A DNA stretch of 64,000 nt, taken from Octopus sinensis (taxonomy: Eukaryota). Below, piece by piece: positions 1-13,738 of the stretch; the stretch's first letter is position 1; each line of letters begins with the position of its first letter. The DNA is taken from NCBI RefSeq assembly GCF_006345805.1, contig NC_043000.1:23064001-23128000 (forward strand), given 5' to 3'. Made by a program: the position numbers and the translations under genes. The notes under the pieces are model-generated. The model searched no databases and was not told where the DNA came from. It saw nothing but the letters and a program-made list of their open reading frames with translations.

Positions 1-504
1 TTTTCCTTTTTGCGATAAACTATTTTAGTCTCGAGTAGTTTACAATTTTCTAATTGTGTATTTATTCACAATTCATTTTATAACCAAGATCACAATCTCA
101 ATTATGACCTCTATGGTGATTACAAGCTGTTAGAAACGGAACTCACCTTATTAGCAACAACCACAAACAACTCTTGAATAAACAACACCTTGATTTAAAG
201 TTATCTTCTATTATCGTTCCATTCACATCTACGATGTTATAGGAGTATTCTAGTCTTTATTGTGCTCCTTTTTACTTGAAATTTTCTTCAAATATGCTTC
301 AGATTATGTAGATTCTCAATTTATCGTAATTTATTGTCAAAAAAATGTTTCCGAGCGTGAGGTGAGGAGTTTCGGGAAATTCACACGAGACGGCTCTCTT
401 TACACATAACTTTCAGGAAAATGGATAATTTTTTTACGAACTTTTGGTAAATTTCTACAAGTACCACCCTCACAGGCATCACTCAACAACTCGGAAATGA
501 CTAA

Positions 505-900
505 AAATCCGCTGTCTCAAACGGCACAGGCCAGAAGTGGTTCGCTGACAAATTCCAACTTTTAAAGATTTTGTTCCGTTCGGCTACGGGAGCAATGACC
601 CTCCCATTTACCGAAACATCCAGAATGTGGTTGGGAGCAAAGGAGTTACAGACTAACGTCCCAGATGAAGCACATACCTCTTACCTAGACACAAAGGGCA
701 AGACCATCTTGTTTCTTCCTATTACTTCCTGATTATCCCACTGACTCCAGAACTGGGGAGATATTTACCAGGGCCTGCTTAATGATCAGGCTTAGCTCGG
801 TGTAAAGAGCGAAACCACCAGCATTTAGGCAGCAAGACAAAACACTTATAAATCAAAACGGCAGTTTCACGGAAGGGGCTGTGGTGACGGGTCACTATGT
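505..900 (-). mobile_element. Degenerate CRE-like non-LTR retrotransposon fragment (RLE region)
   Basis: The reverse complement aligns by eye with about 5000-5350 (gctgg..tttcgctc..accga..taa...atcattaagcaggc). Confidence 0.7.
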
Positions 901-2405
901 CCGCCTTGCTGTCTCTTCACATTTATTGCTTTCTGTCTTCTCTTTTACCCTTTCCCAACAATTTGTAGTTCATCAGAGTACTGTATATGTCATAAAAGTC
1001 TTACGAGTGGTTCTTTTTCATAATTGCCCACATGCCATTCTATATTTCTTCCTTAACCTACAAAGAATCAGACTTAAATATAGCAACGGTAAATTTAACT
1101 TCCTTATTATTATAACCATCCTGTAAAACAAAATTATTAAATAAAAAGCTGTTAATATTCCCTAGTTTAAAACAACTAAAATGACCATGGGCACTGTCTT
1201 TCCATGTCTACTTAATCAATGAAAATACAATTTTTTATTTTACAAAAACAATAGAATCACAGTAAATTCCGTAATAATCATTTTGATTTTACTTTTCTAA
1301 GACTCACCAGCATGGAAATATGTAGCAGTTTCGTTTGTAAGAAGTTAATCTTTGCACCTCCGGTGGGTGAGGTCACATACTAAATACAAATACGGGAAAG
1401 ATTGGCCGCGAGGACGAAGTATTCGTCATTGCGGATGTTCTGTCTCACAGAAATGTCATGATATATCTGACGGCGTATTGCTTGTTGTAATCACCCTAAT
1501 ATTAGGGTTTGGAGTGACCTCAAAACTTTTAGAAGAGAACCCCAGTATTTCCTGGTACATTGTATAACTGAGGGAGTTTGCGTGCCTTTTTCTTTTTCAT
1601 TATTTTATTCCCTACCACCACCAGTTTTTTTCAACAAAAAAGTTAATAACAAAAAATTTGGGAGGTGGATTAGGGAATTAAAAGTATCTTTTTTTGTTTT
1701 TTTGAAAAACAAACGAATCTGAAGAAATATGAAAAAGGGTGAGTATTTATTCTCTACATCTGCCAAATAATGTAAATATTCCTGCTTTCATTTTTTAATC
1801 ACAACCCGAAAAATAAGCTTAACTTGGAGTGACAGTGGGATATGAGACCCAGTGAAAAATAATCTTGTCTTATGTTTCTTAGAGTGTACCTGCGTGGTTG
1901 TGTAGTTACAAAGCTCGCTTTTCAACCACATGGTTTCTTCGAGTGTATCTGCGTGGTTGTGTAGTTACAAAGCTCGCTTTTCAACCACATGGTTTCGCAT
2001 TCAATGCGTGGCACCTGGGGTAAGTGCCTTCCACTATAGTTCCGGGCTGACCAATGCCTTGTGAGTGAATATGGTAGATGCGGAAGGCTGTCATATATAA
2101 CTGTGCGTGTGTATTGTTGTGCTTGCCCTACACACACCGATATTGGTTTGATTACGTTCCCATAAACCGGACTTTAAAAACAAGTATCAGGGTGAATTTC
2201 TTCAACTAAACCCTTCCAGGCTGTGCCTTAGTATGGTCGCAGTTGTATGATGTATATAACACCTCCAAACTTTTCCAGTTGAGCATGTCTGGCGATTTAC
2301 CAAACACATCGGCTCACTGCACCACACTAATTTATTAATCTCAGAGATGGTAGAAACTTGTTACTTTCATTATCGAATATCACATTGCAAATAACACTCA
2401 GGAAG

Positions 2406-2782
2406 TACCGTATTTTAAAGTGTATAAGGCAGTGCTTTTCAACTTTTTTGCTGGGGCGGAACCCCAAGGAAACATTTCACTGGCTCGAGGAACCCCTGTG
2501 CAATAATTTAATAGTCTTATGCACACATATCTGCATAGGAGAATTAAAAATTACCACCGATTTTAGCAGTTTTGTAACTTCTTGCGGAACCCCTGAACTG
2601 TACTGGCGGAACCCTGGTTGAAAACCACTGGTATAAGGAATACTCGTGTATAAGGAACCCCCTAATTTTGGGGGCTTAAAATTTGGAAAAAGTGTTTTGT
2701 AAAGGATTATAATACTATCCATGTATATTTTTTAAACCTAATTTTTTGACAAACAAGTGTTCCTTATACATGTAATACGGTA
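2406..2782. mobile_element. Pogo/Tigger-like MITE (interrupted host)
   Basis: TACCGTATTTT... and ...TACGGTA termini; same family as 16971-17154. Confidence 0.75.
2430..2630. mobile_element. hAT (Charlie-like) MITE
   Basis: TIRs CAGTGCTTTTCAAC / GTTGAAAACCACTG; exact 8-bp TSD GTATAAGG at 2422-2429 and 2631-2638. Confidence 0.9.
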
Positions 2783-3590
2783 TACGGTAATTCTTTTCAG
2801 TTAGATCAACAGTGTTAATCACGTCCTCTTGTACGATTCTCACGAAGTATGCGATCCGAAAGGTCCAGCATTTCTTCAATACATAAACATTTTCGAAATA
2901 GGCTTTCAGTTTGAAAATTTCTTTCAGCCTCATTTTATTATCAAGTCGTTGTCAAATTCGATTCCTAACTTTCTCGATACTTTAAACAAAAGATTACCCG
3001 CAGTTTTTATTTTAAGAATTCTGTTACGCATTTCTTTTTGTAAGTTGTATTCCCTCGTACTTTACTCTCAAAAAAAATAATAAAGCATTAAAATCACCGG
3101 CAATCTTACTTGAAAAAATACAATAGGGGCTACCTTATGTAATTATAGTGAGTTGAAACACGTCAATCAACTGAGATTATCCCAGCAATTAAGTAATAAA
3201 TTCGTATGGTCGTTAGAGTGTCGGAGAGAGAGAGCAACCTCAAGATATTTGTTACCATTCTCTGTACTCTGTGTTCAAATCCTTTGTGACCAACTTTCAG
3301 GGTCGATAGTAAAAGTACCAGTCTAAGGCAGTGGATTGGCAGAACAGTAAGATTGTTAGACTAGATAATATATTTTGAGTTCAGATCCTGCCATGGTCGA
3401 CTTGGTTGAACATCAGTATCCAGGTCTCAGGAATGCCTTCAGTTCCATCAGTCGGGATCCTCCATGCAGTAAGAGAGAATGCCCCACAGCTCTACCACTT
3501 TACTTGGCAAGCTAATCAGGAGCCCTCTTACCTCTACTTTGGTGGCCACGTCTCATCTACCTCAGGGGTCCAATAAGACGACCCGCTCGT

Positions 3591-4010
3591 AAAATCATTT
3601 CCCTACGATAGTTCCGGACCCCAGTGATGAACTTATTTGCATACAGCCAATCAGAGCTCAACTATCAATAAGATAAGGTCACTTGGGTAAGGAATGGCCA
3701 TGCTTCTTTTCTCTTTTAATAATGCTTGTTGTTCTCGTTCTTACCATGGCTACCCCTGCGTAGTTATTTGTGTTGTTGTTTACTTTGTAAAACAGTAAGG
3801 GGAGAGGGTTGCTAACACATCACCCTCTACCCACATCTTTACCATATGAAGCCCTAACAAAACCCGATAATAGGTATAAATGCAAATTTATCTTATTACT
3901 TGTCTCCTAAAGTCAGATATAACCTTGACGACAAGGTCAAGGTGAGCTCTGATTGGTTATATGCAAATGAGTTCTTTAACTGGGATCCGGAACTCTCGTG
4001 GGAAAAAAAT
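3591..4010. repeat. ~70-bp inverted repeat (MITE-like) with octamer and CCAAT motifs
   Basis: 3591-3660 is roughly the reverse complement of 3943-4010. Confidence 0.75.
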
Positions 4011-4479
4011 TCGCGGCTTGCTCGGACCTACATTATTTGCACTGACATTTGTTGACGTTACGAAGATGGGAGCTGACCTGAACTTGAATATCTGATATCT
4101 TGATGCTTGCTTGGAGGGCCCTCCTAATGAGGTCCTTGCAACTGCGAGGACGATAAATGAGGAACTTAGTCGTAAGTACTCAGCGTCAACAGTTCCAAAT
4201 GCGAGCTCTGGCTCCTCAACCAGCCAGCTTCACATCAGCAAACTGTAAACCTGTTTGCAGATTCCTTCCCCTCATCATTCTAACCGCGCTTTCGAGCCCA
4301 TCTTTCAATTCAACATGGCTACCCTTGAGCAACTATTAAAAAATCTTGATGCAATTGATCCCCCCACCTAGGTTCTTTTTTATATTTAGGAATTACTTTT
4401 CAATCCTAAGTTATTGTATTTTCTCAGAGTTATTCCCTTATAAATTCTCGTCGTCTCTCCAATGCTTTGACGACCTAAT

Positions 4480-5520
4480 CTTCAGGGAACCCTAATGCTT
4501 GGTCAGTGTCAGTTTCTCTCCAGAGTCCCGCAACCAGGCAGCTTTGTTCAAACGGTTTGGGGGCCTAGGTTTGCGTAAATGCCGGTCTCTATCTCTTTCC
4601 TGTTTTCTTTCTTCCATCCACGCTTGCTCCCCTTCGATAGGCAACATCTTCTCCTTTTCAACATGGACTACTTCCAACAGAGAGATGGACGAAGCTCTGC
4701 TACAGTAGAGAGAACTGGGTTTGTCAGTTCCTGAGACAGCTGAGGATAGACGGAAGCAGAGAGTATGGGACACTCTACGCTCAGGTGCCACCTTCAACTC
4801 TCTCTTTTATAAGTTTGATCAATTTTCAAGGTATCGCCTACTTTCTGTAAGTGAAATTCTTGGGAGACTGGGCTGATGCTCTACCTGTGGCCAATATTGG
4901 TGGTCTACCCAGTCTGGCTGAGCTCTGCAGCTCCATATTACTTAGTCCCCTACATCTGTGGGGCACTGAGATGTTGCTGTGGTAGACCCATCGATTCTAC
5001 AAGTCTTCGTGGTTTGTCTTGCTGCTTAAATGCTGGTCGTTTCGCTCGTCATACCGAACTAAACTTAATCATTAAGCAGGCACTGGCTCGGGTAAATATC
5101 TCCTCAATTCTGGAGCCGGCGGGATTATCCAGAAGTGATGGGAAGAGACCAGATGATCTTACTCTTTGTCTCTGGGTAAGAGGTAGGTGCCTCATCTGGG
5201 GCACCATAGTCTGTGTCTTCTTTGCTTCCATCTCCATCCTGGATGCTGTGGTAAATGAGAAGGTCACTGCTTCCGTACCTGAACGGAACTAAATCTTTAA
5301 GCATCGGGGTTTATGAATGAACCATTTCTTCCAGCCTGCGGCGTTTGAGACGTTGGAAGGGCTGGGCTACTAACAGCTAATTTCTTGTCATCGTTGCTGG
5401 TCGCCTTACCGAGGTGTCAGGTGATACCCGGGAAGTGTTTGGCTGTGCCAAAGCCTTAGCCTCGCCATCGCACTTGGTAATACCGTGAGCGTGGTGGCTT
5501 GCTTTCGTAGGTTCCGTTGG
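4480..5520 (+). mobile_element. Degenerate CRE-like non-LTR retrotransposon 3' part (RT C-terminus, zinc knuckle, RLE)
   Basis: GGLGLR, LSCCLNAGRFARH...EPAGLSRSDGKRPD...W.RGRCLIW and LSLAIALGN remnants; stops and frameshifts. Confidence 0.8.
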
Positions 5521-6034
5521 TCCTTTGTGTTGTGCGACCCATTGAGGCACTTGGTGTTGAATTGATGTTTTTTCTCATTTTTTTTTTCTTCGCTCATATT
5601 TGTGTTTACTTTGGTTTGGGACCTCGATTTAATGCGGGTTTTGTATTATATATGTATTATAGGCGAAGGTAACGACGCATACCCGGTATTTAGGGTTAGA
5701 GTTACGCCGAAAACAGGTGGTGTGCGTATTCTTTACCTCCGCCTGTATTATACATACCTCATCCATCCATCCATCCATCCATCCATCCATCAATCAATCA
5801 AGATGAGAATGTTTGTCTGTCTGTGTGAATCCCTAAAACTCGAAAACTACACAACCGATTTCATTCAAATTTTACACATGCCTTACTTAGGGTCCATGCA
5901 GTGTCATGAACCCCCCAAAATTTTTAACTTCTTGCCTAATGCAAGCCCAGAACAGTCTCTTATCTCTTACACTATTTCAGTATTACGTCCCTATTGTAAT
6001 GTGAGATAATACTTTCAGTTTGAAAGAAGTCTGT

Positions 6035-6035
6035 C

Positions 6036-6125
<90 letters not shown>

Positions 6126-6135
6126 ATATATATAT
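6035..6135. repeat. (CT)n(TA)n compound microsatellite
   Basis: Direct reading. Confidence 0.95.
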
Positions 6136-7019
6136 GTAACTAACAGCCAAAAATCCCCCTGTAAATGTTTTTAAAATCTATCTAAAAAAAGGAAAGTAAG
6201 AGAGGTATTTCCAATGAGATAAGCTTATCGAATTTTGAGGGGGACAACATAGATAACACAGTAGATAATGGTTCGGGTGAAAAACGTGAAGTTAAATGAA
6301 AATAAAAGGGCAGCTGGAAATGACAACGATAATATAGAAAAGCAATGAAAGTAACAGAAAAACTAAAAGACTGAAACATAATATCTGCGTGTGGTATGAA
6401 AAATATATACCTAAAAATTAAAATATAATTTTTAGTTTAGTTATAGAATAAATTAGATTGACAAATATATAATCACAATTGCTGAGCCCAGTCTCCCAAA
6501 TGTTCATGCAGTAGAAGATTACATCAGCCTGCATGTTATTTCTTTCAACACCCGCTTTGTTTCTAGCAAATACTTGAAAATGAAAGTAATTTCCTTGTAC
6601 GTGTTGAAGAAAGCGTTTACGAATGCGAAAGTGAATTTTTAGCGTGGGTTTTTTTAACTTTCGTAAATGCTGTGAGTGTATGCCAAAGAATTAATAGTTT
6701 TTCATGGGAAAATATGCGCATCGACAATTTCTTGTGGCAAACTCTTCGGGTACACCTTAAGTATCTTTATATATGAAACTGGTCTTTATTCAGTTTTAAA
6801 TCTTCACCATTAACAAGTTAACACCGATAAAAGGTCATAATTCTTCCAGGTATGTAATTGTATCTCGTGTATTTGCTGTTAACATTCGATACACGTGAGT
6901 AGTTAATTGCCATTTTTTACCTGTTTGCACATGTTAATTAAGAATCTAATCAAAACATTTGTTGGGCCTGCCTTCATATATGACAGCACCACACTGGGTG
7001 CTTTATGGTATCTACCGTC

Positions 7020-7279
7020 ATTATTCACGCTGAGAGTTGCTGAAGCATGGAACAAACTGCCGGCATCGGTTGTTAGTTGTCGGAGCACTGCATCCTTCAA
7101 AACTTCCATGCTTCCAGAGATTCGCCAACACTACACTTGATTTTCTCCCCTCCATACACACACAAGCATGTATCTGACTCATACACTGTTCACTTTCCAG
7201 ACATTTCTACATTACTGCATGTACTTTATATGCACTTTCTGACAAGTTGTGGTGCACCTGAGCACTGTATACAATAATT

Positions 7280-7319
<40 letters not shown>

Positions 7320-7338
7320 CATTATTATTATTATTATT
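7020..7338 (+). mobile_element. CR1-like LINE 3' end with (ATT)n tail
   Basis: FTLRVAEAWNKLPASVV...FK motif then an (ATT)n run. Minus-strand relatives at about 24590-24830 and 57030-57490. Confidence 0.8.
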
Positions 7339-9334
7339 TACTTTTGTTCCTTAATGGTTTCTTTTCATTGGAAAACACTTCCAGTTTTTGCCTGCACATC
7401 AACTGCTTTTTCCATGGTAAATACTTTTTCACATGGAATCCTGGAAACGAAGACGCACGCAATAATTTTCAGTTGGCTAATCTGGCTTCTTTCAAAGAAC
7501 GAACCAGTTCGTATATTGCAAGTAAAAAATATGCTGCAACAGCGTCCACTTCTTTCCATCAATGGCTTGTTCACACTTCATCAGCCTGGAAAGAATATAG
7601 AAATCACATGTAACTCTATTTGCAAGCATATATCAAGTTACAAGTCATGGAATAGCCGGCGTGACTACAGATGTGTACCCCTCTGATTTTGTTGCCTCAT
7701 AACTTTAAAAAAATGGATATATTTTAACGAAATTTTTAGCAAATACCGTTTCGATGCTGTAGATTCAGGGAATATAGGAATTTATGGGAAAGAACTTTTC
7801 CGAGGGGAATGGGAGAAAAGTTTCGGAAAATTCACACGACCCGATTTTCCCCTCATAACTTTCAGGAAAATGGGTATCTTTTCATGAAAGTTTACACAAC
7901 TACTTTTCAAACGGCATTGATTACGATTATAAATAAATTTGTGGTGAAATTTTTTCCGGGGGTGTGGGGAGAGGAATTTCGGATCAAGAAGACCATGTAA
8001 GTTGGAATTTCTCCGTTTTGAAGAATTGGAAAAATCTCCGTCGAAACTGAGAAATTCCAACATATGTGGTTTTCCTGATCCGAAACTCCTCTCCCAACAC
8101 CTTCAGAAAAAATCCCCCCCCCCCAATTTTCTTTTAATCGTAATCTATGCCGTTTGAAAGGTATTTGTATAAATTTTCATTAAATGATACTCTTTTTCCT
8201 GAAAGTTATGAGGAAAGTCAGGCAACTAAGTCGGTGGGGCACGTATCTGTAGTTATGCCAAATAGCCTTCGCTGTGGTATTTATTTATTGCTGCAAATAT
8301 TATTTTGAAGTGATGTACTTCTGCAACATTTAATATATCACTTGTGATTACAATAAGTGTGATTGCCTGTGGACACGGCATCATTTGGTGTGTGTTAAGG
8401 AAACTAGTATTTCCAACATAAATGTGATTTGTAAAACCATTTATAAGAAAGGTTTTCTTGTTAAATGATTTATCTGGATACAAATATTCCCTATGTTGAC
8501 TCCTAGGAATGTTTAGAATATATTTTGATGAGTTCCAGCAGTCTGTGGATTTTGTCAGGATGATTCCTTATGGAGTAGAAAAAAGGGTAAGGACTCAGGT
8601 GGTTGTTTTCTTTTATGAAAGGATATTTTGTCCAAAAAAAAAGTCTATCCCCTCCCCACGAAGTCTTTGCCATTTTCTCATTAAATTTTTACAACTATGC
8701 TCACATCACGTGAGACAGGTAATAGTAAGAATTTACCAAATATTTTGAGTTTGGAGAAGACACAGCAAAACTAATGAGCGGATGAGAGACAAGTGGTATT
8801 TGGGGGAGATGAAATGTAATATGCAAGTTCAGATTACCGAAACCATTATAGTAATGGTAGAAGAGACAGACAGAAGAAACAGCTTGCCTGTGTTCTTATT
8901 ATGGTTTGTTATGTGTTGTAGAGTGGATTTTTGTCTGCTGGAAGGCCATTTTTATATGTAGTCTAAGATGTTCCTATATGTAGCTGCAGCAGTATTATCC
9001 CAAATTTAGTAAAAAGTCAACAGTTGATGAAAATTGAGCTATTTTATGTTTCATGAAAGATATTAGAAAAAAAAATAGTGATTTAATTTGCTGTGATTTT
9101 TTGCATTTGATAACCTTATCATTGTAGCAAAAATGTTTTTCTCTCCCAAGTACAAGTGTTTGAAATGTTGGGTTCTTTTACTCCTCATGGTAAATTAAAT
9201 CACTTTACCCAACCCTCTTTTCTTTTTGTTGTTTTTTTTATATTTACAAACCTTTATATATTTGGAAGAATGGTACTCAGTGCCTTGTGAGTGCATTTGG
9301 TAAATAGAGACTGAAAGAAGGCCACAATGTGCAG

Positions 9335-9378
<44 letters not shown>

Positions 9379-9989
9379 TAAAATGAGACAACAAAACCAA
9401 GGCTGTGTGGAACTTATAGGATGTTTATAAAGAGAAAGGCAATCTTACAGCGGTTTCTAGGATATTAGGAATATCCCTTCAGAAGAGACGATATGAGAAA
9501 GTTAACTAGAGGGAAATAGTTGAGTTCAATATAAGGAGTTATTTTGGAAAAGGATGGATATAGAAAGTATAGATGGAAATAAGAAAATAAAATTAAAGAT
9601 AAAAGTAAAAATGTGTAGGATGTTACTGTTGCAGTTCCATTATCCAAGGAAAGTGCTGTGTAGAATAGGTAGAAATGCTTCTTGTCCATGGTATGTAGAT
9701 TCCAATAGGAGTTCATGTTTTATTATCACAAGTGGATAGTGTGGAGACATAAATTTCATGTGCTATTCATTCAAAGGGGTCTTATAAGTCACAGTGAGGA
9801 TATTTAAACCTCTTATAGGGATATTTTCATCCAAGGTACACTGGTTTAATATATTGTATTTTGAAGAGATATTTCTTCAATGAATGTATTATATAAAATA
9901 CCATAAAATATCAAATATTATTAACGAGTTAGAAAACAGAGATCTAATGGATACAAATTAATTTATAAATTATACATATATATATATAT

Positions 9990-10369
9990 ACTAGCAGTAT
10001 CGCTCGGGTTTGTTTCGACCCGCTGGAATTGGAATTTTTGAAAAGTAAAAATTTTGCATTATGTAGCTTGTTATTCTCTTCAAGTGAACATTTTTCTGGT
10101 TGAAATACACCAAAAAGTGGCAACACAGCAGTGAAAAAATCGTAAAAAATAGGGATTTTCATAGAAAAAAGCACCTTTTTGATGTAAATAATTTTTGGTG
10201 TTAGCATGGTCCGATTTGAATTTTATCTTCTACGGAAGGAAGAGCAACCCTTCTATCATACTCTCAATTTTGGTCAACTTGCGCCGCAGGGTCTCGGAGG
10301 AGATAGTGTTAGTTGAAGGCTACCAAACCTGGCACACACAGACATCTTCAGCTTTATATAGAGAGAGAT
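9990..10369 (+). mobile_element. Helitron/HINE-like non-autonomous element
   Basis: actagcagtat... start and ...cagctttatatagagagat end; near-identical copies at 46865-47252 (+) and about 57510-57905 (-). Confidence 0.65.
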
Positions 10370-11142
10370 AACACACACACATTAATACACATACATACAC
10401 ACACACACACACATGTATGTATGGATGTATGTATATATGTACATCTGTCCACTTCTTGCCATATTTTTATCCTTCACTTCCTACATACACACACAGACAC
10501 ACACGCACACACACACACACCTTAGCTTACAATTTTCTTTCAACAATTGACACTGTCATATATGTATATGTTTGCGTGTCTATGTGTGTAAAGAAAAAGT
10601 GGGAGTAAGTGTGGTAATAGGCGGAGTAAAGCCTTTGAAGTAAGAGAGGGAAATCGTAAAATATTGAGTTTTCTCGAATTTTTGCTTAATTGGGGGTGAA
10701 ATTGAAAGAAATTTATATGCCATGACCGAATGGAATGTACTTGGAAAAATCATAGGTAAACTCCAATTGAAGAAATTGTGTGAGGAGTAAATCGTTATGT
10801 ATTTATTTGTTTCTGTTTGCTCTGTATTTTTTTTGAGTAGTGGTTTAAGGTACACTTGCAAAGAGAAAGTAGGAGAAATTATGGTAATAGCATGAGTGAA
10901 GCAGTTGAAATTAGAGAGGCAAATCGTAAAATATTTACTTTTCTCGAATTTTTGCTTAATTGGAGGTCAAATTGAAAAAACTTTATATGCCATGACCCAA
11001 TCGAATCTACTTGTAAAATCGTAGGTAAATTCCAATTGAAGAAATTCTATATTGTAGAATTGTATTAAAAAGGAACAAGGGAACAGGCAGAGAAAATCTG
11101 CCTTTTATCAAAAGAGAGAAGAGATATATATAATTTATAAAT

Positions 11143-11181
<39 letters not shown>

Positions 11182-13738
11182 ATCTATACTAGACTATCCG
11201 TGCTCCCTTTGGGCCCCCGAGAAAGTCTGGGTTTCCCAGCAATGGAATTTTGTTTTGTGGGTTTTTTTTTCTTTTCCAGGTTATTTCACATGCTTTCAAT
11301 GAATGTGACATCGAAATCATGCATAAACGGCTCCTTTCCCCGAAAAAAGGAAGATTTGGCTGCTACTTTTTGCATGCCCTACTAACATGTAGCAAGTATT
11401 TCTGGTCCTTTATTGCAAATAGCTGTTACGTGCTAGCAGGGCATGCTAGAAATAGCAGCCAAATCTTTGGAGCTGAGATATGTTGAATGCACTCGAAAAA
11501 ATTTTTGCAATGGTATTCCCTTGGGGTTATCTTTCGCTCTGACTCTCAGAACTGTCATCCAGATCAGCTGGTTTTGTTCGTTAATTTCTGTAAAAAAAAT
11601 TTATTTATTTACTTTATTTTTTAAAGTGAAAGAGAGGGGGAAGTGAAACATGTATGTACGTATATATATGAAATGGACGTGTGTGTGTGTGAGAGAGAGA
11701 GAGATTGCCACTTTCACACACATGAGAACACACGTTCACTCACTCTCTATCTCTTTCTCTCTCTCTTTCTTTCTCTTTCTCACACACACACACATGTACA
11801 TACAAAAAAGATATACACATATATATTGTGTATGTACGTAAACATGACTACACACCCCTTGCTGTACAAACAACTTACATTTTAGAAATCGCATTCAGTT
11901 AAAAATATTTCTAAATTATTAAAATATTGTGTATGTCAAAAAGTCGACATTTTTTTCCTTAGAGTGTGCAAAGAATGTGTGTGTATATGTCACAGATAGT
12001 GGACATGTGTTTGTGTTGATTGGCACTATGACATTCATTGTGTATGTGTGTATTCCGTATGTGTGTATATGTATTGACGTTGCAGAAGCCATGTTTTTTT
12101 TTCATTGAGAAATAACAAACAAAAATTGTGCTTAATCGTTTTCATTAATAAATAGAGGTCCAAATATCACAAAAATTTGTACTGCACTTCCGAAAGTAAG
12201 TATGAAAACAAATATGCAAACAATTAGGATAAAATATACTATTTCTGAGATATTTCGAGTACATATAAACATCTCCAGAGTTTTAGTATTATTAAGATAC
12301 ACACACACACACACACACACACATGCAGTGGACTCTCCTGTTATAAACAACAAATGAGGATTCCACAACTTCTTGTTGGACAACCTGCACAGATGATTTG
12401 GATATAGTGATCGAATGTTTATGCTGTACATTAACAGACTCCATCCATCAAATTGACATTACCTGTACAGGTGCATAAGTGTGTTACACATTAGATGTCA
12501 GAGTGATCGCAGAGCAACATGAAATAAGGTGTTTTGTTCAAGAACACAATGCACTGCCTGATCCAGGAATTGAAACCGTGGTCTTGTGATCATGAATGGA
12601 ACACCCTAACCACTAGGTCACAAATCTTGACATATACATATATATGTATGTATTTACATACATGTGTGTACGTGCGTGTGTGTGTTTACATTCATTTCCC
12701 ATCAACAAATTGTTTACTGGTTTTGATGTGGAATAACAATTCCCTTACTTGATAAACTGGTAAGAGTTAATAACATGAAGGGCATCTGGCTGCAAAACGA
12801 TGTCTCAATAATATATTTGTCTAATACATATATTAGCATGGAACAAACAAACAAAAACAGGTAGAAATAAATAAATACATAGGAAGATGTCTTTAATGAG
12901 CCAATTTAAATGATCCCTTGAGAAAATTGCATTTCCTATTCAAGAGAAAAAGTTTTCGTGTAAAATAAATTTTTATGATCATTGAGAGTGGCATTGATAA
13001 TTATAAAAGATCTCTGCAGATAACATATCATTTCTTAGCCAAGATTTAGTAATTTCCTAGTAAATTCCTAGTTTGATATAGTTTGGGAAAAGACATCGTT
13101 GTGCACAGCTGTTTGATGCAGGCCATTTCTGTGATAAATTAATATATTCCATATCAAAATAAACAAATATTTCAGCACAACACCCACTTCAGTTTTCACT
13201 GGTTCAGAGCAGAATATTCAAGTAACGCTGAATCATAATTTCTGTAAATTTGTTTACGAATTTCACACAACTAACCGTGCACAAGTCTTGCACGGTTAGT
13301 TGAAAAACAAGTTGTTTGAACTTGTTGGAGCAGGTCACAATCTTATTAAAATTTAACTAAAGTTGTATACATTGTCTTTTCTCTCGTTTATTATGAATAC
13401 GCCTCCAATTTCGATTAACTATAAGTCTCTCTTATTTGCTTTCCCCACCAAATAAATCTGGAAAATTTGACTGATGATGAATAAGAAAGTTTAGAAGAGT
13501 ATTCGGAAAAAATTTCATTGACTGTATAGTGCAACCTTCGGTGGTTATGACATAAGTAGGTCATAGAAACCCAACCACATAAAAATTACGTTTCACTCTC
13601 ATACAATAGAATCTTAGATACTTTTTGTTGTTGTTTTTTCCATATAACTAAAAATACATTTCCTATAAAACTGTGATTTTCTGTCTTTTTCTCTCTCTCT
13701 GTCTGTCTCGTTCTCTCTATGTATGTAAATTGCTACAG

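Noticed and set aside
8253-8760. Non-repeat-looking segment with short ORFs
   Set aside because: I could not recognise a motif or a consistent exon structure; tBLASTx would be needed.
13460-13520. NF-kB-like sites (ggaaaatttg, ggaaaaaatttc)
   Set aside because: They miss the GGGRNNYYCC consensus and are expected by chance in AT-rich DNA.
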